This document shows, piece after piece, positions 1 through 10,440 of a DNA stretch of 38,121 nt. The DNA is taken from contig CAZXCW010000005.1 in assembly GCA_964639385.1 (NCBI GenBank), forward strand, positions 1-38,121, written 5' to 3'. The notes under the pieces are model-generated. The model worked only from the letters and a program-made list of their open reading frames with translations, was not told where the DNA came from and made no database searches. Position 1 is the first letter of the stretch, and each line of letters begins with the position of its first letter. Made by a program: the position numbers and the translations under genes. The DNA comes from an uncultured Nitrospiraceae bacterium (GTDB taxonomy: Bacteria > Nitrospirota > Thermodesulfovibrionia > Thermodesulfovibrionales > SM23-35).

Positions 1-79
1 TAAGTGCCCTGAGTGCGAGTTCCACATCAGCTAGGTTATCCTCTACCAAAAGTATCTCAACTTCTTTTAAATTATTCAT
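1..79 (-). CDS. Response regulator receiver protein, 5' part only (runs off the window)
   Basis: Read manually: ATG at 79-77 gives MNNLKEVEILLVEDNLADVELALRAL, a typical receiver N-terminus (ILLVEDN). An AGGAG RBS lies upstream and the gene directly follows the kinase. Confidence 0.85.
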   Translation of the reverse strand, partial: MNNLKEVEILLVEDNLADVELALRAL

Positions 80-112
80 GTCTCTCCTGCCTTATTGTTG
101 TATCAGTTAGCT

Positions 113-3100
113 TTAAGCTTTCGTTAAAATACAGACTCCTGCTGTTGGTAATGTAAAATAAAAAGTTGCTCCTTCATTTACCTTTCCTTCAGCCCATAAT
201 CTTCCATAGTGCCTGCTAATTATACGTTGTACAATAGCAAGCCCTATACCCGTCCCCTCAAATGTTTCTCCATCGTGCAGTCTCTGAAAAGCACCGAACA
301 ATTTATCTTTATAACGCATATCAAAACCGACTCCGTTGTCTTTGACATAGTACACATTTTCTGAATCCTCAACGTACCCACCGACTTCAATAATTGGAGT
401 CTCTTCAAGTCTCGTGAACTTTATGGCGTTGGTCAAAAGATTAATAAAGACCTGACGGATCATTCCCGCATCACCGGAGGCAGATGGAAGTAGTTTAACA
501 TTAAACTGGATCTTCCTTTCAGGGGTGGTAGCTTTGATTTCATCGAACACTGTCCTTACTAGTTTATCCATCTCTATATCTGCATGGCCAATATCCTTAC
601 GCCCTATTCTTGAGAGAGCAAGAAGGTCATCAATAAGGGTTGACATCTTCTTCGTATTGCCTCGAATGATATTTACAAGGCGTTTCCCTTCGTCATCGAA
701 TTTCTCAACATAATCTTCAGATAAAATTCTTGAGAAACCATCAATTGCCCTTAAAGGTGCCCGCAGGTCATGCGAGACAGAGTAGCTGAACGACTCAAGT
801 TCTTTGTTGGCTGCTTCAAGTTGGGCAGTGCGTTGAATAACACGCTCTTCGAGTTCTTCGTTTAATTTACGAATTTCTTTTTCCGCTCGCTTTCGTTGCA
901 GGGCCTCTGCGAAGGCTGTGCCCAGAGCTTCTACCATCTGCTGATCTGTCACGTCATAGCCTAATTCTTTGTTAGCTAAACAGATCATACCTACGGCCCC
1001 CTCTCCGTACTCAAATGGAACACCTAAGAAGGAACTTATTGGCGGATGCCCATCGGGAGTACCAACGGAGTCAGGATGGGAAGCGGGATCATTACAAATT
1101 AGGGACTTCTTGTCCTTCAGTGCCCTGCCCCAGATGCCACGGATTTCCATGTCTTTGACCATCAACACCGCATTTGATTCCGGGATTCTACAGGCCTCCC
1201 AGCCTGGATTACTCATTGCAACAGTATCAAAACGGCCAGCCTGATTCACTTCACCGATAAAACCGAACTTACTACCTGTCAACTCCTCAGCCACGGCAAG
1301 ACACTTGCCTGCAATGTCTGCTTCTGTTTCACATAACAACGCTTCTCTAAAAAGATCATTAATTCCCTCCAGGAGGGCTCTTTGCCATAGAATCTGCTCC
1401 TCTGTATGCTTGCGCTCTGTAATATCTCTCCATGTTCCAATGATCTCCTTAGGATCTCCTTGCTCATCTCTTAAAAGGACCGCTTGGTTAATGAACCAAT
1501 GGTACGAACTATCGGCACACTGCCAGAGGTATTCGATGACGACCGAGCCTTTCTGATAAATCATTTCATATTTTTTTAGTACTTGGTCACGGAAGTCAGG
1601 ATGGATTCTTGATGTCCAGAAAGATTGGTCTTCGATAAATTTACTGGCTGGAAATCCTGTGATACGGTCTATCTGTTCGCTGACCCATAATCGAGTGCTG
1701 TCGCTAAAGAATTGCATATTATAGAATGCCATTGGCAGAGAGCGGAGGATAAGGTTTTCTCTCGCTTCTTTTTCCCGAAGTTCTTCTTCTGCCCTTTTGC
1801 GCTCGCTAATGTCACGGGTCACATGTATAACTCTTGTCACTTCTCCTTTTTCATTCATTATGGGAGAAGATAATATAGAAAGCCAAATGTCCAAATGTGG
1901 TTCAAATATCTCAACAATTTCTTTCTTGCATGTTAATTCCACTCCTTTTAGGGGGCATTCAGAGATAGGACCATCTTGGGCATGAAATATTTGATAACAC
2001 TTTTTGCCTATTAATTCTTCTTTTTGCTTGCCTAACATTCTACATAAAGTCTCATTCAGGTTTTGAATCTCAAAATCCATACCGTGTATAGACACCCCAT
2101 CCGCCATTGAATCGAATGTTTCTGACCATTCCTTAGCAGCGCTTAATATTTTTTCTTCTGCCTGTTTACGCTCTGTTATGTCAGTATCTACACCTCGATA
2201 TCCTATAAGATTTCCTTCTCCATCTAAAATTGGCATCCCATTTGTTTCAAGGATGACAATGTTACCATTTTTATGAATATTTGAATTAATAAAATCTCTA
2301 AAGGCTTCTTTTCTATGAAAAGTATCAAAGGCCTTTTCCTTAAGTGCCGCCTTTTCATCTGGCGTAAAAAATTCATAAAAGTACTTTTTTCCAACAACTT
2401 CTGCAGGTGTAAAGCCAAGTATTTTTTCCACAACAGGGCTTGAATAAGTATACAAGCCATTAGCATCAACCTCCCAGATCCATTCACCTGCACTTTCAGC
2501 CACCTGCTTAAAACGTTCCTCGCTTTCCCTCAGCCCTTCCTCTGCCTTTTTACGCTCGTTGATTTCCGTGGCTACGCTCTCTATCATCTCGTTAGTTACT
2601 CTGCCTAAGGCCTTCAAAAGTTCGTCTTGAGAAGCCTCAGAGATTCGAGCACTCAGCTCACCCCTTGAAACCCTATTCAATATTTCAAAATGTTCAGCAA
2701 GCCCTATTGCAAACTCATGAGCTTGATCAACAATAGCCCCAATTTCCTTTGCTGTTTTATTAACTATTTGTTTTAGTTTTGTAATCAGCTCAGTTTGAGA
2801 GGCTTCTGGTATACTTACTCGAGGGTCTCCAGAGGCAATTTTATTCAAAGCCTCCAGAACCTCGGATAAGCCCAGTGCCAACTCCATGCTAACGTCTTCC
2901 AGCTCTTGGTCACGGCTCTCAACAATTGCCCTGAATTGCTTCAATTGTTTATTTACCATCCCGATGGTTTCTCTCATTGCGGGGACATCCATATTCGCTT
3001 CAAAGACTTCACATTCAAGGCACATCTCCATTTTCTCAAGGAACTTTCCTTGTATCTTATCATGGCAATGTGTTCCTGAGATCAACCAGCACTCCAGTTT

Positions 3101-3172
3101 CTTCGATTTATAAACTGGACAATTTTTCTTGTTGCATTTAAAGACTTCCCAACATTTAACCTTTTTTCTCAT
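113..3172 (-). CDS. Cytoplasmic multi-sensor histidine kinase (Cys-rich two-CW-like N-terminus, HAMP-like segments, 3 PAS, GAF, HisKA, HATPase)
   Basis: H-box [14 protein letters not shown]-box [10 protein letters not shown]-boxes DNGVGF and GTGIGL; PAS C-termini DITERK/DISERK; N-terminal CWEVFKC...CWLISGTHC...CLECEVF; no TM segment. ATG 3172 with a GGAG RBS is preferred over TTG 3199. Confidence 0.9.
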   Translation of the reverse strand: MRKKVKCWEVFKCNKKNCPVYKSKKLECWLISGTHCHDKIQGKFLEKMEMCLECEVFEANMDVPAMRETIGMVNKQLKQFRAIVESRDQELEDVSMELALGLSEVLEALNKIASGDPRVSIPEASQTELITKLKQIVNKTAKEIGAIVDQAHEFAIGLAEHFEILNRVSRGELSARISEASQDELLKALGRVTNEMIESVATEINERKKAEEGLRESEERFKQVAESAGEWIWEVDANGLYTYSSPVVEKILGFTPAEVVGKKYFYEFFTPDEKAALKEKAFDTFHRKEAFRDFINSNIHKNGNIVILETNGMPILDGEGNLIGYRGVDTDITERKQAEEKILSAAKEWSETFDSMADGVSIHGMDFEIQNLNETLCRMLGKQKEELIGKKCYQIFHAQDGPISECPLKGVELTCKKEIVEIFEPHLDIWLSILSSPIMNEKGEVTRVIHVTRDISERKRAEEELREKEARENLILRSLPMAFYNMQFFSDSTRLWVSEQIDRITGFPASKFIEDQSFWTSRIHPDFRDQVLKKYEMIYQKGSVVIEYLWQCADSSYHWFINQAVLLRDEQGDPKEIIGTWRDITERKHTEEQILWQRALLEGINDLFREALLCETEADIAGKCLAVAEELTGSKFGFIGEVNQAGRFDTVAMSNPGWEACRIPESNAVLMVKDMEIRGIWGRALKDKKSLICNDPASHPDSVGTPDGHPPISSFLGVPFEYGEGAVGMICLANKELGYDVTDQQMVEALGTAFAEALQRKRAEKEIRKLNEELEERVIQRTAQLEAANKELESFSYSVSHDLRAPLRAIDGFSRILSEDYVEKFDDEGKRLVNIIRGNTKKMSTLIDDLLALSRIGRKDIGHADIEMDKLVRTVFDEIKATTPERKIQFNVKLLPSASGDAGMIRQVFINLLTNAIKFTRLEETPIIEVGGYVEDSENVYYVKDNGVGFDMRYKDKLFGAFQRLHDGETFEGTGIGLAIVQRIISRHYGRLWAEGKVNEGATFYFTLPTAGVCILTKA

Positions 3173-3195
3173 TTTTTCTCCAAAGCGGGTTAAAA

Positions 3196-3420
3196 TCAAA
3201 ATTGTATTTGAATCCTTTTCTTGTCTGCTCCCTCATCCTTTATAGCAAGCAATACCTTCCCAAGCCGTTCACACCAGACCCTTACATCCCTCTCAAAGGT
3301 CGGACAATCACCTAATACCTCCAGGATATCTCCTGATTTCATGTCTGCAGCCTTTACTGCAATCTTAAGAACAGGCTGAGGACACTTAAGACCAAAGGTG
3401 TCCAATACTTCCGTTGCCAT
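3196..3420 (-). CDS. tusA: TusA/SirA family sulfurtransferase
   Basis: [13 protein letters not shown] (CPxP motif), 74 aa from ATG 3420 with a GGAGG RBS. Confidence 0.88.
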   Translation of the reverse strand: MATEVLDTFGLKCPQPVLKIAVKAADMKSGDILEVLGDCPTFERDVRVWCERLGKVLLAIKDEGADKKRIQIQF

Positions 3421-3469
3421 ACAGCTCCTCCTTTGTTTTAGTGCTATATAAATACACGTCAAAAAATTA

Positions 3470-3485
3470 TACAGATTTTGTGCCA
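3470..3485 (-). promoter_or_regulatory. Possible sigma-54 (-24/-12) promoter upstream of tusA
   Basis: TGGCAC-AAAAT-CTGTA on the minus strand: perfect -24, degenerate -12. A palindrome TGAC-N7-GTCA at 3568-3582 could be an activator site. Confidence 0.35.
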
Positions 3486-3612
3486 GGTTTGTTCATTTCA
3501 ATATTGTTGATTTTTAAAGAAAATTTTAATAGAAAAATAGATTTTAATTCGATAGCAGGATAAATGATGACAAATTTCGTCAATACAAACAAGCCAGCAA
3601 CATAATTAATAG

Positions 3613-5022
3613 TCAACCTTTAGATGTCCTTGAAATGATATGGGTCGCGCAGGCAAGGCAGGGGTCATAGGCCCTGAATGCCATTTCTACCATATTAAGT
3701 AAACTATCAGAGACATTACCACTTTTTATAATCGCCTGGGCAGCTTTTTCAACTGACATATTTATAGCCGCAGCATTATGTTGTGTAGCAACTAGAAGGT
3801 TTGCACTTTGTAATATTCCCTTCTTATCTGCTTCATAATGATGAAGAAGCATCCCCCTCGGCGCCTCACAGACATCTATACCTTCTTTCTGTATATCATC
3901 AGGAATATTTCTTACATGAGGGTTAGTAAGATCAGGATCATTGGTAAGCTCATTCATCCTCTCTGCTGCATATAAGACCTCAATGAGTCTTGCCCAATGA
4001 TAGGCTAATGTATTATGAACAGGTTTGTCCCCAAAAGTACTGAACATTTTTTTATACTCAGCCTCTGCAAGAGGGGTAGCCATTCCATCAGAGACATTTA
4101 AGCGGGCGAGTGGGCCTACTCTATAAATTCCACTATCTACTCCATCGACAAATCTCTTCCATCCGATATTTTTTAAATAGAGAACCTTCACATAGCTCCA
4201 GGGTTCGACTCTTTCCTGGAGATATTTCAGATAATCCTTTGGCTCAAGTTTTACAAACTCTTTTCCATCTGGGCTAACAACCCTAATCTTCCCATCATAG
4301 AAGTTTACTTTGTTCTTTTCATCAACTATACCCATGTAATAAGTCTTGTGATAGTAAACCTCACTGACCATTAAATCAAAAATTTGTTTATTTTTAAGGA
4401 AAACATAATCAAATATTTTTAATGTAGACTCCGCAAATTCTATGAAATCCTTTATTAAATCTTTTATCACGGCCCTATCTTCCTCTGTCAATGCCTTTGA
4501 AATACCTCCGGGAAGTCCACAGACAGGGTAAAGAGAGCTACCGCTAATCATGCCATTCAATTCCCTTGCTTTCTTCCTTATATTAATAGCTTTTTTAACA
4601 ATTTCTGTTCCTAATTTATCTCTGACGCCGAAGATGTTTCTCTTTTCCTTAGGCACATCTGTACCAGCGATCAAATCTGGGCCACCCAAAAAATAAAAAT
4701 GAAGGAGATGGTCTTCAAATATGAAGGCGTTGTACATAAGCTCTCTAACCCTTTTTGCTGCTCTTGGTGGCTCTACATTGAAGAGGTTGTCCAGTGCTTT
4801 AGTTGACGCTGTGTGGTGAGCAGTAGGGCAGACACCACAGATCTTTTGTGTAAGTGCAGGCATTTCTTCCACTGCCCTACCCTCACAAAACTTTTCAAAC
4901 CCTCTAAAATCAGGCACCTGAAAATACGCTCGCTCCACATTGCCCGTGTCATCGAGAAAAATAGATATCTTCCCATGTCCTTCTAACCTCGTTATTGGAT
5001 CAATCGTGATTTTCTTGGTCAT
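3613..5022 (-). CDS. mvhA: [NiFe] hydrogenase large subunit, group 3c type (MvhA)
   Basis: IDPITRLEGHG N-terminus, L1 KICGVCPTAH, L2 DPCLACATH plus an 8-aa C-terminal extension; adjacent to mvhG, mvhD and hdrA. Confidence 0.92.
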   Translation of the reverse strand: MTKKITIDPITRLEGHGKISIFLDDTGNVERAYFQVPDFRGFEKFCEGRAVEEMPALTQKICGVCPTAHHTASTKALDNLFNVEPPRAAKRVRELMYNAFIFEDHLLHFYFLGGPDLIAGTDVPKEKRNIFGVRDKLGTEIVKKAINIRKKARELNGMISGSSLYPVCGLPGGISKALTEEDRAVIKDLIKDFIEFAESTLKIFDYVFLKNKQIFDLMVSEVYYHKTYYMGIVDEKNKVNFYDGKIRVVSPDGKEFVKLEPKDYLKYLQERVEPWSYVKVLYLKNIGWKRFVDGVDSGIYRVGPLARLNVSDGMATPLAEAEYKKMFSTFGDKPVHNTLAYHWARLIEVLYAAERMNELTNDPDLTNPHVRNIPDDIQKEGIDVCEAPRGMLLHHYEADKKGILQSANLLVATQHNAAAINMSVEKAAQAIIKSGNVSDSLLNMVEMAFRAYDPCLACATHIISRTSKG

Positions 5023-5087
5023 TTTCCTTTATGGAATATTTATCGTTAACAAGATAGAGTTCTAATAATCATAAAAATTCAAAGTAT

Positions 5088-5238
5088 AGACATGAAAGGC
5101 TGTTGGAGAATTTTTATACGACACCTTATAGTAAAACCTTTTGAGGTCAACGAATGAACCTTCTATGTGTAACATACTCACGACTGACATATAATAATCT
5201 TGTCGCTTATAAAAATTTTGAGACAGCCTTTCATGTCT
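5088..5238. mobile_element. MITE-like element (~150 bp) with long terminal inverted repeats
   Basis: Perfect 16-bp IR AGACATGAAAGGCTGT (5088-5103) / ACAGCCTTTCATGTCT (5223-5238), continuing imperfectly inward (AATTTTTATA..CGACA). No transposase is encoded. Confidence 0.55.
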
Positions 5239-6202
5239 TATTTTGTGTTTTCCCTTTTAGTATTGATGAGGCCAGGCTATACCTATAAAACAGACCTGCA
5301 GGATCAGGTATTGAATCTGAAATTTTCTCTAATTCTTTTTCATCTCTTGAGTCTATTAAGGATGCAAGGGAAGATAAAAATTTTGCACCCTGGTCTATTA
5401 CGTTATCGGTAGGCCCAAAACAACCCCGACAGGGCATGTTCGCCTTTATACACCTCTCACCGCATCCTCCCCTTGTAGCAGGACCGAGACAAATAAGCCC
5501 TTGATCCAGAAAACACCTTTTTGGATCCCATTCTATTTCATAAAGTCTTTTAAACCTTTTTATCCTGACTTTATCAGGTTTGCTATCACTCCGGGAACAT
5601 GTGTAACAAAGCGCCTTCTTTTCTGCTAAAATACTTCCCTTCGGTGGCAGATCATTCTGAAGAATTGCCTTTATAGCAATTTTTATAAGTTTAGGGGGCG
5701 GTGGACATCCAGGAATATAATAGTCAACCTCAATAATTTGATTCAGGGCCTTAACTGTATCATGGAAGCTCGGAAGTCTAAGTTCTCTGTCAGATTCTTT
5801 TGCTTCAACCATCGGTAATATGCCTTGTAGATTTTCTACAGTGGGGACCTCTTTATATGCCTTGTTTAAAACATCTCTGCCCTCATAAAAATTGGCTAAT
5901 CCGACAACTCCTCCAAGATGTGCACAACTTCCATGGGCAATTATAAGTCTGGATTTTCTCCTTAATATCTTTGCCATATGTTCCTGATTGTCCATCCTAA
6001 TTGCACCATTGATAAGAGTTGCTGTAATCTCACCATCAGGAATCATTTCAATTTCCCTATATTTGAAATCCATTGCGACAGGCCAGAATACAACATCCAC
6101 TGCCTCTGCGATGTCCAAAACATCTTCAGCTAAATCAATAACTGATTCCTCACATCCACCACAACTCGAACACCAGTATAGTGCAATCTTTGGTTTTATC
6201 AT
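5231..6202 (-). CDS. mvhG: [NiFe] hydrogenase small subunit (MvhG)
   Basis: WCSSCGGCEES, GSCAHLGG, IPGCPP, CYTC, CFLDQGLICLGPATRGGC...CRGCFGP Fe-S motifs. Confidence 0.92.
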   Translation of the reverse strand: MIKPKIALYWCSSCGGCEESVIDLAEDVLDIAEAVDVVFWPVAMDFKYREIEMIPDGEITATLINGAIRMDNQEHMAKILRRKSRLIIAHGSCAHLGGVVGLANFYEGRDVLNKAYKEVPTVENLQGILPMVEAKESDRELRLPSFHDTVKALNQIIEVDYYIPGCPPPPKLIKIAIKAILQNDLPPKGSILAEKKALCYTCSRSDSKPDKVRIKRFKRLYEIEWDPKRCFLDQGLICLGPATRGGCGERCIKANMPCRGCFGPTDNVIDQGAKFLSSLASLIDSRDEKELEKISDSIPDPAGLFYRYSLASSILKGKTQNKT

Positions 6203-6210
6203 CTATTTAT

Positions 6211-6663
6211 CTACATGCCCTCCTTTCCCCCTTTTACTAAAGGGGGGTGAAGGGGGATTATTGGTCCTATCTGCCTAACTTTCTCAACCATTTCGGAGAC
6301 AACCTTAATAAATTTATCTGTCTCTTTAGCCGAGACCCAGTCAAGCCTGAACCTATCTTTGTCTATGCCAAATTGCGAAAGTACCTCCTTTAAAAGGGTA
6401 TATTTCTTCATTGCTTGATAATTGCCTTCTTTATAATGGCAGTCCCCGGGATGACAGCCTAAAATTAACACCCCTGCTGCACCTCTTCTAAATGCCTCGA
6501 TGATAAATTGAGGGTCAATTCTTCCACTACACATTACTCGAACAATCCTGAGGATTGAGGGATACTCTTTTTGTGCCCTGCCAACAGAATCTGCACATTC
6601 ATAAGAACACCAGTTACAGAGAAAGGCTATGATTTTTGGTTCAAAATGATTCATCCTTTCCAT
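6211..6663 (-). CDS. mvhD: Hydrogenase/Hdr-associated [2Fe-2S] subunit (MvhD/FlpD family)
   Basis: FEPKIIAFLCNWCSY, RVMCSGRIDP, GCHPGDCHY. Confidence 0.93.
   Translation of the reverse strand: MERMNHFEPKIIAFLCNWCSYECADSVGRAQKEYPSILRIVRVMCSGRIDPQFIIEAFRRGAAGVLILGCHPGDCHYKEGNYQAMKKYTLLKEVLSQFGIDKDRFRLDWVSAKETDKFIKVVSEMVEKVRQIGPIIPLHPPLVKGGKEGM
6218..6260. repeat. REP-like palindromic element inside the mvhD 3' end
   Basis: Minus strand TAATCCCCCTTCACCCCCCTTTAGTAAAAGGGGGAAAGGAGGG forms a C-run/G-run hairpin and encodes the atypical tail IIPLHPPLVKGGKEGM. Confidence 0.6.
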
Positions 6664-6666
6664 TTT

Positions 6667-8634
6667 TTATTTCTCTTGTAACAAACCATCTATCTCAGCT
6701 ACTATTTGCTCATCAGTAAAATTTTTTGCCTTTATTGTTGCGCTTGGGCAGACAGCTACACAAATACCACAACCTCTACATAAAATCTCATTAACGGAAA
6801 CAACTTTTTTCTCTTGATCATAGGTTATAGCCTTGTAAGGACACAGGCCTATACACGTCTTGCATCCAGAACAGAGAGCCTCATCAACCTCGGCGGTTAT
6901 CGGCTCAAGGGAGAACTTCTCTCCTGGTATAAGTTGAGAGAGTATTTTGCCTGCTGCTGCTTGACCTTCTGCTACCGCACTCTGGATATCTTTTGGTCCA
7001 TGTGCACACCCTGCAATAAGTATTCCCCCAACGGAAGTCGATACAGGAGAAATATTTATATGTTCCTCAAGAAAAAACCCGTCTTTATCCTGTGATATAC
7101 CGAATATCATTGCAACTTCTCTGGCATCTCTTGTCGACTCAAGAGCAACTGATAAAACAACTAAATCGAAGGCGGAACCCTTAGTCTTCCCATTACTATC
7201 TTCATATTTAACTAAAATCTTACCTTCCTTTTGAGTCAGTTCTATGGAATCAATATTCTTCACCTGAACAAAATCTACTTCTTTTTTATCTGAAAGGGCG
7301 TTAAAGAAACTCTGAGCTGTTCTACCAGGAAGGCAAAGATCAGAGTGAAACTCAGTGATTAAAATATCGGGTAATTGTTCTTTGATAATATGGGCAAACT
7401 TCAATGAATACATACAGCACACCCCGGAACAGTATTCATTATATTTCTTGGTTCTGGAACCTACACAGTGAATGAGGGCTATCCTTTTGGGAGGTTGACC
7501 GCTTTTTAGTAGAATCTTTCCTCCTGTTGGACCAGTTGAGCTCAATAACCTCTCGAATTCAAGGCTGGTAAACACATTTTCGATCTCACCATGTCCATAT
7601 TGGAATACCTTTTCAGGATTAAATACATCAAATCCTGTAGCTAAAATTATTGCACCAACGTTTAATTCCTGGATTTGATCTTCTTCATAATGAATAGAAT
7701 TAAAGGGACAGGTATTCTGGCAGACATTACACTTTTCACCATGGAACTGCAAACAACTTTTCCTATCTATGGTTGCTACATTGGGAAGGGCACCGGCATA
7801 AGGAATATAAATGGCCTTGCGATCATCAAGACCCTCATTGTACTCATTTCTTACTTTAATCGGGCAAACCTCAAAACATGCGCCACAGCCAATACAGGTT
7901 TTGCTGTCAACAAATCGGGCTTTCTTTTTAACCTTAACGATAAAATTACCATAAAATCCAAGTGCCTCTACTACTTCACTGAGCGTTAGAAGTTCTATAT
8001 GCTCATTATGTAAAACCTCATCTAATATCGGATCAAGTACACAAGAGGCACATTCTAAACTTGGGAAAATTTTTTCATATCTGGCTACCTTGCCCCCGAT
8101 GCATGGGAGTTTCTCAACAAGATAAACCTTCCTGCTTTTCTGTGCAAGGGTCAGAGCGGCACTTATTCCAGCTACACCCGCACCTACCACAAGAACATCT
8201 GACTGATATTGTACTTCCTTGATTTCTAAAGGCTCATGAAACGCAACCCTCTTAACAGCTGCAGCAATCATTGCCTTAGCCTTCTTGGTTGCTGAGGCCT
8301 TATCCTTAATTACCCACGCACATTGTTCTCTAATATTGGCAATCTGGGAAAGAAATGGATTTAGACCTGCGTTGCTTAGAACTTTTCGGAAAGTAATTTC
8401 ATGTTCTTTGGGTGAACAAGTGGCAAGTACTACATTCGTTAAGTTATGTTGTTTAATATCATCTTCAATTAATTTTTTGCCTTCTTCCGAACATAAGAGA
8501 TTAAATGACTTGGTCAAAACTACATTCTCAAGACCTTGGGCACATTTAACTACCTCCTCGATATCTATTGCTTCTTTTATATTAGGACCACACTCGCATA
8601 TATAAACACCTATCCTTATTTCTTTATCCTTCAT
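6667..8634 (-). CDS. hdrA: Heterodisulfide reductase subunit A family flavoprotein (HdrA)
   Basis: RIGVYICECG, NIREQCAW, FAD motif VVGAGVAG, ferredoxin CxxCxxCxxxCP motifs, HCVGSR...YCSGVCCMYSLK, GPKDI. Confidence 0.93.
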   Translation of the reverse strand: MKDKEIRIGVYICECGPNIKEAIDIEEVVKCAQGLENVVLTKSFNLLCSEEGKKLIEDDIKQHNLTNVVLATCSPKEHEITFRKVLSNAGLNPFLSQIANIREQCAWVIKDKASATKKAKAMIAAAVKRVAFHEPLEIKEVQYQSDVLVVGAGVAGISAALTLAQKSRKVYLVEKLPCIGGKVARYEKIFPSLECASCVLDPILDEVLHNEHIELLTLSEVVEALGFYGNFIVKVKKKARFVDSKTCIGCGACFEVCPIKVRNEYNEGLDDRKAIYIPYAGALPNVATIDRKSCLQFHGEKCNVCQNTCPFNSIHYEEDQIQELNVGAIILATGFDVFNPEKVFQYGHGEIENVFTSLEFERLLSSTGPTGGKILLKSGQPPKRIALIHCVGSRTKKYNEYCSGVCCMYSLKFAHIIKEQLPDILITEFHSDLCLPGRTAQSFFNALSDKKEVDFVQVKNIDSIELTQKEGKILVKYEDSNGKTKGSAFDLVVLSVALESTRDAREVAMIFGISQDKDGFFLEEHINISPVSTSVGGILIAGCAHGPKDIQSAVAEGQAAAGKILSQLIPGEKFSLEPITAEVDEALCSGCKTCIGLCPYKAITYDQEKKVVSVNEILCRGCGICVAVCPSATIKAKNFTDEQIVAEIDGLLQEK

Positions 8635-8767
8635 ATTGATATCTTAAATTATTAATCTACAACCTATTTTACCAATTGTCAAAACATTTCATGAGAGCAA
8701 GGGCTAATGTAACTTGGGTTAAAATATACTTATCCTCATTCTCCTTGCATGCATAGAATTGATAAAT

Positions 8768-9112
8768 TCAATGGGTTGGTTTGTGACGAACTGGCTCTTT
8801 CCTGAAGCCATCAATGAAATGAAATAGTGCTAAAAGAGGATGACGATAAGTCATTCGGGGACCGGAATATAGCATCACAGTCTTGATTTTTTCTCTCATT
8901 GTAGGTTTATAGCAATGTATCTTGCAATTTGCACAGGTTGTTTTATTCCCTTGAAATGGGCATCTGTCGAGACGTCTTTTTGAATAAACCAGAAGTTTGC
9001 TGCACTCAGGGCAAAGTTCGCCCTGAGTTTTATGTTGGTTATGACAATAGATGTTTATCATTGTTTCAACAGTTTTTTCTTCCCTTATTACCCTGCGCCT
9101 TTTGCTGAACAT
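8768..9112 (-). CDS. YgbA-like (nitrous oxide-stimulated promoter family) Cys-rich protein
   Basis: REEKTVETMINIYCHNQH...LCPEC...RLDRCPF...TTCANCKIHCY...YSGPRM. Confidence 0.8.
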   Translation of the reverse strand: MFSKRRRVIREEKTVETMINIYCHNQHKTQGELCPECSKLLVYSKRRLDRCPFQGNKTTCANCKIHCYKPTMREKIKTVMLYSGPRMTYRHPLLALFHFIDGFRKEPVRHKPTH

Positions 9113-9166
9113 GATGAATACTATAACCTTTAATTTAGCAACACAAATTATTTCTCTTTGTGGAAG

Positions 9167-10198
9167 TTAGTAACTGTTAATTGCGTCTATGAGTCTTCGC
9201 AATCTTCCAAAGTCTTTACGATTGAAATCTACTATAAGGCGTGTTAGGTTGGCAATTTCTGGCTCATCCGCTTCTGCAGGTAGCGGCTTAGAAAGGTATA
9301 TGTTTCCCTGGGGAATCAAAATGTCAGAAAATTGGTTTTTGAGGTCGAAAATTGATTGAGTACCAATCTCTGAAGCAAGCCGAATTACTAATTGCTTTTC
9401 AACATATCGCAGGCTGTGGTAGCGATGGTAGAAATGATTGATCTTCTCCACTGCGGCATCTACAGAATCGACGCGCTCAAACAGGTAAAAATCAGGAGCA
9501 GTGATATAACCCTGATCCAAAAGTTCCTCTTCAAAAAACTGAATCCATCTTGACCAGTAGGTTCCCCCAGGCTCGTCCACGAGGACAAGGGGCATAGGAT
9601 CACGTTTACCAGTTTGTAATAGGGTAAGGGTTTCCATTGCCTCGTCAAGAGTACCAAACCCTCCTGGAAAAAGCGCAATTGCATTGGCTTCCTTTAGAAA
9701 AGCCACTTTCCGGTTGAAAAAGTACTTGTATACAATTTGGCGCGGGTTTCCCTCCATGGCAGGATTTAGTTTTTGCTCAAAGGGAAGTCTGATGTTAATA
9801 CCGAAAGAGCATGTTGGCCCGGCACCCTCATTGATCGCCTGCATAATGCCAGAGCCTCCCCCTGTTATTACCATATAACCTGCCTCAGCGAGCTTTTTAC
9901 CGAAGAGCCGTGCCATCTTGTAAACCGGTTCGTCCGGCTGTGTCCTAGCCGAGCCGAAAACACTAACTTTTCGGACCTTGCGATAAGGGCTGAATATTTT
10001 AGAAGTAAACCGCATTTCCTTCAATGTACTATTTATCAGTTTGAGGTCTGCCTTCTCGTTTTCTTCTTGGCCAACCTTTAGGGCAGCCAAAATCATCTCG
10101 CGTATAATTTCCGGGTAATGGATATTATCAATGAGTCCTATCAATTGATCTACCGTCTCGTCTACGGGGCCGTTAGTCCTCGTGAAGTGAACTTCCAT
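9167..10198 (-). CDS. LOG family nucleotide phosphoribohydrolase (long form)
   Basis: VSVFGSAR, ITGGGSGIM, YFFNRKVAF, PGGFGTLDE. Confidence 0.9.
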   Translation of the reverse strand: MEVHFTRTNGPVDETVDQLIGLIDNIHYPEIIREMILAALKVGQEENEKADLKLINSTLKEMRFTSKIFSPYRKVRKVSVFGSARTQPDEPVYKMARLFGKKLAEAGYMVITGGGSGIMQAINEGAGPTCSFGINIRLPFEQKLNPAMEGNPRQIVYKYFFNRKVAFLKEANAIALFPGGFGTLDEAMETLTLLQTGKRDPMPLVLVDEPGGTYWSRWIQFFEEELLDQGYITAPDFYLFERVDSVDAAVEKINHFYHRYHSLRYVEKQLVIRLASEIGTQSIFDLKNQFSDILIPQGNIYLSKPLPAEADEPEIANLTRLIVDFNRKDFGRLRRLIDAINSY

Positions 10199-10440
10199 AT
10201 CGCTCCTTTAAATACTTCTCAAACAACCTTTGCACGGTTATTTTTTAGGATTCTTTTTTTTCTTATAGCCCTCTTGATTTTTTAAAGCTAAAGGTTTTAT
10301 ATACACAGGTACTTCCACCTGCTCATATGTTTTTCTGATTGTCTACATTATTATAATCTAAATAATCTAATAAACTTACAAGGAAACATCCCATTTCATG
10401 GAAAGGAGAAATTAATAGAATCGATTGGGAGAAAAACATT

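Noticed and set aside
3613-8634. [NiFeSe] hydrogenase or Sec-containing HdrA/MvhD
   Set aside because: All frames are open with Cys at the relevant motifs (DPCLAC); there is no in-frame TGA.
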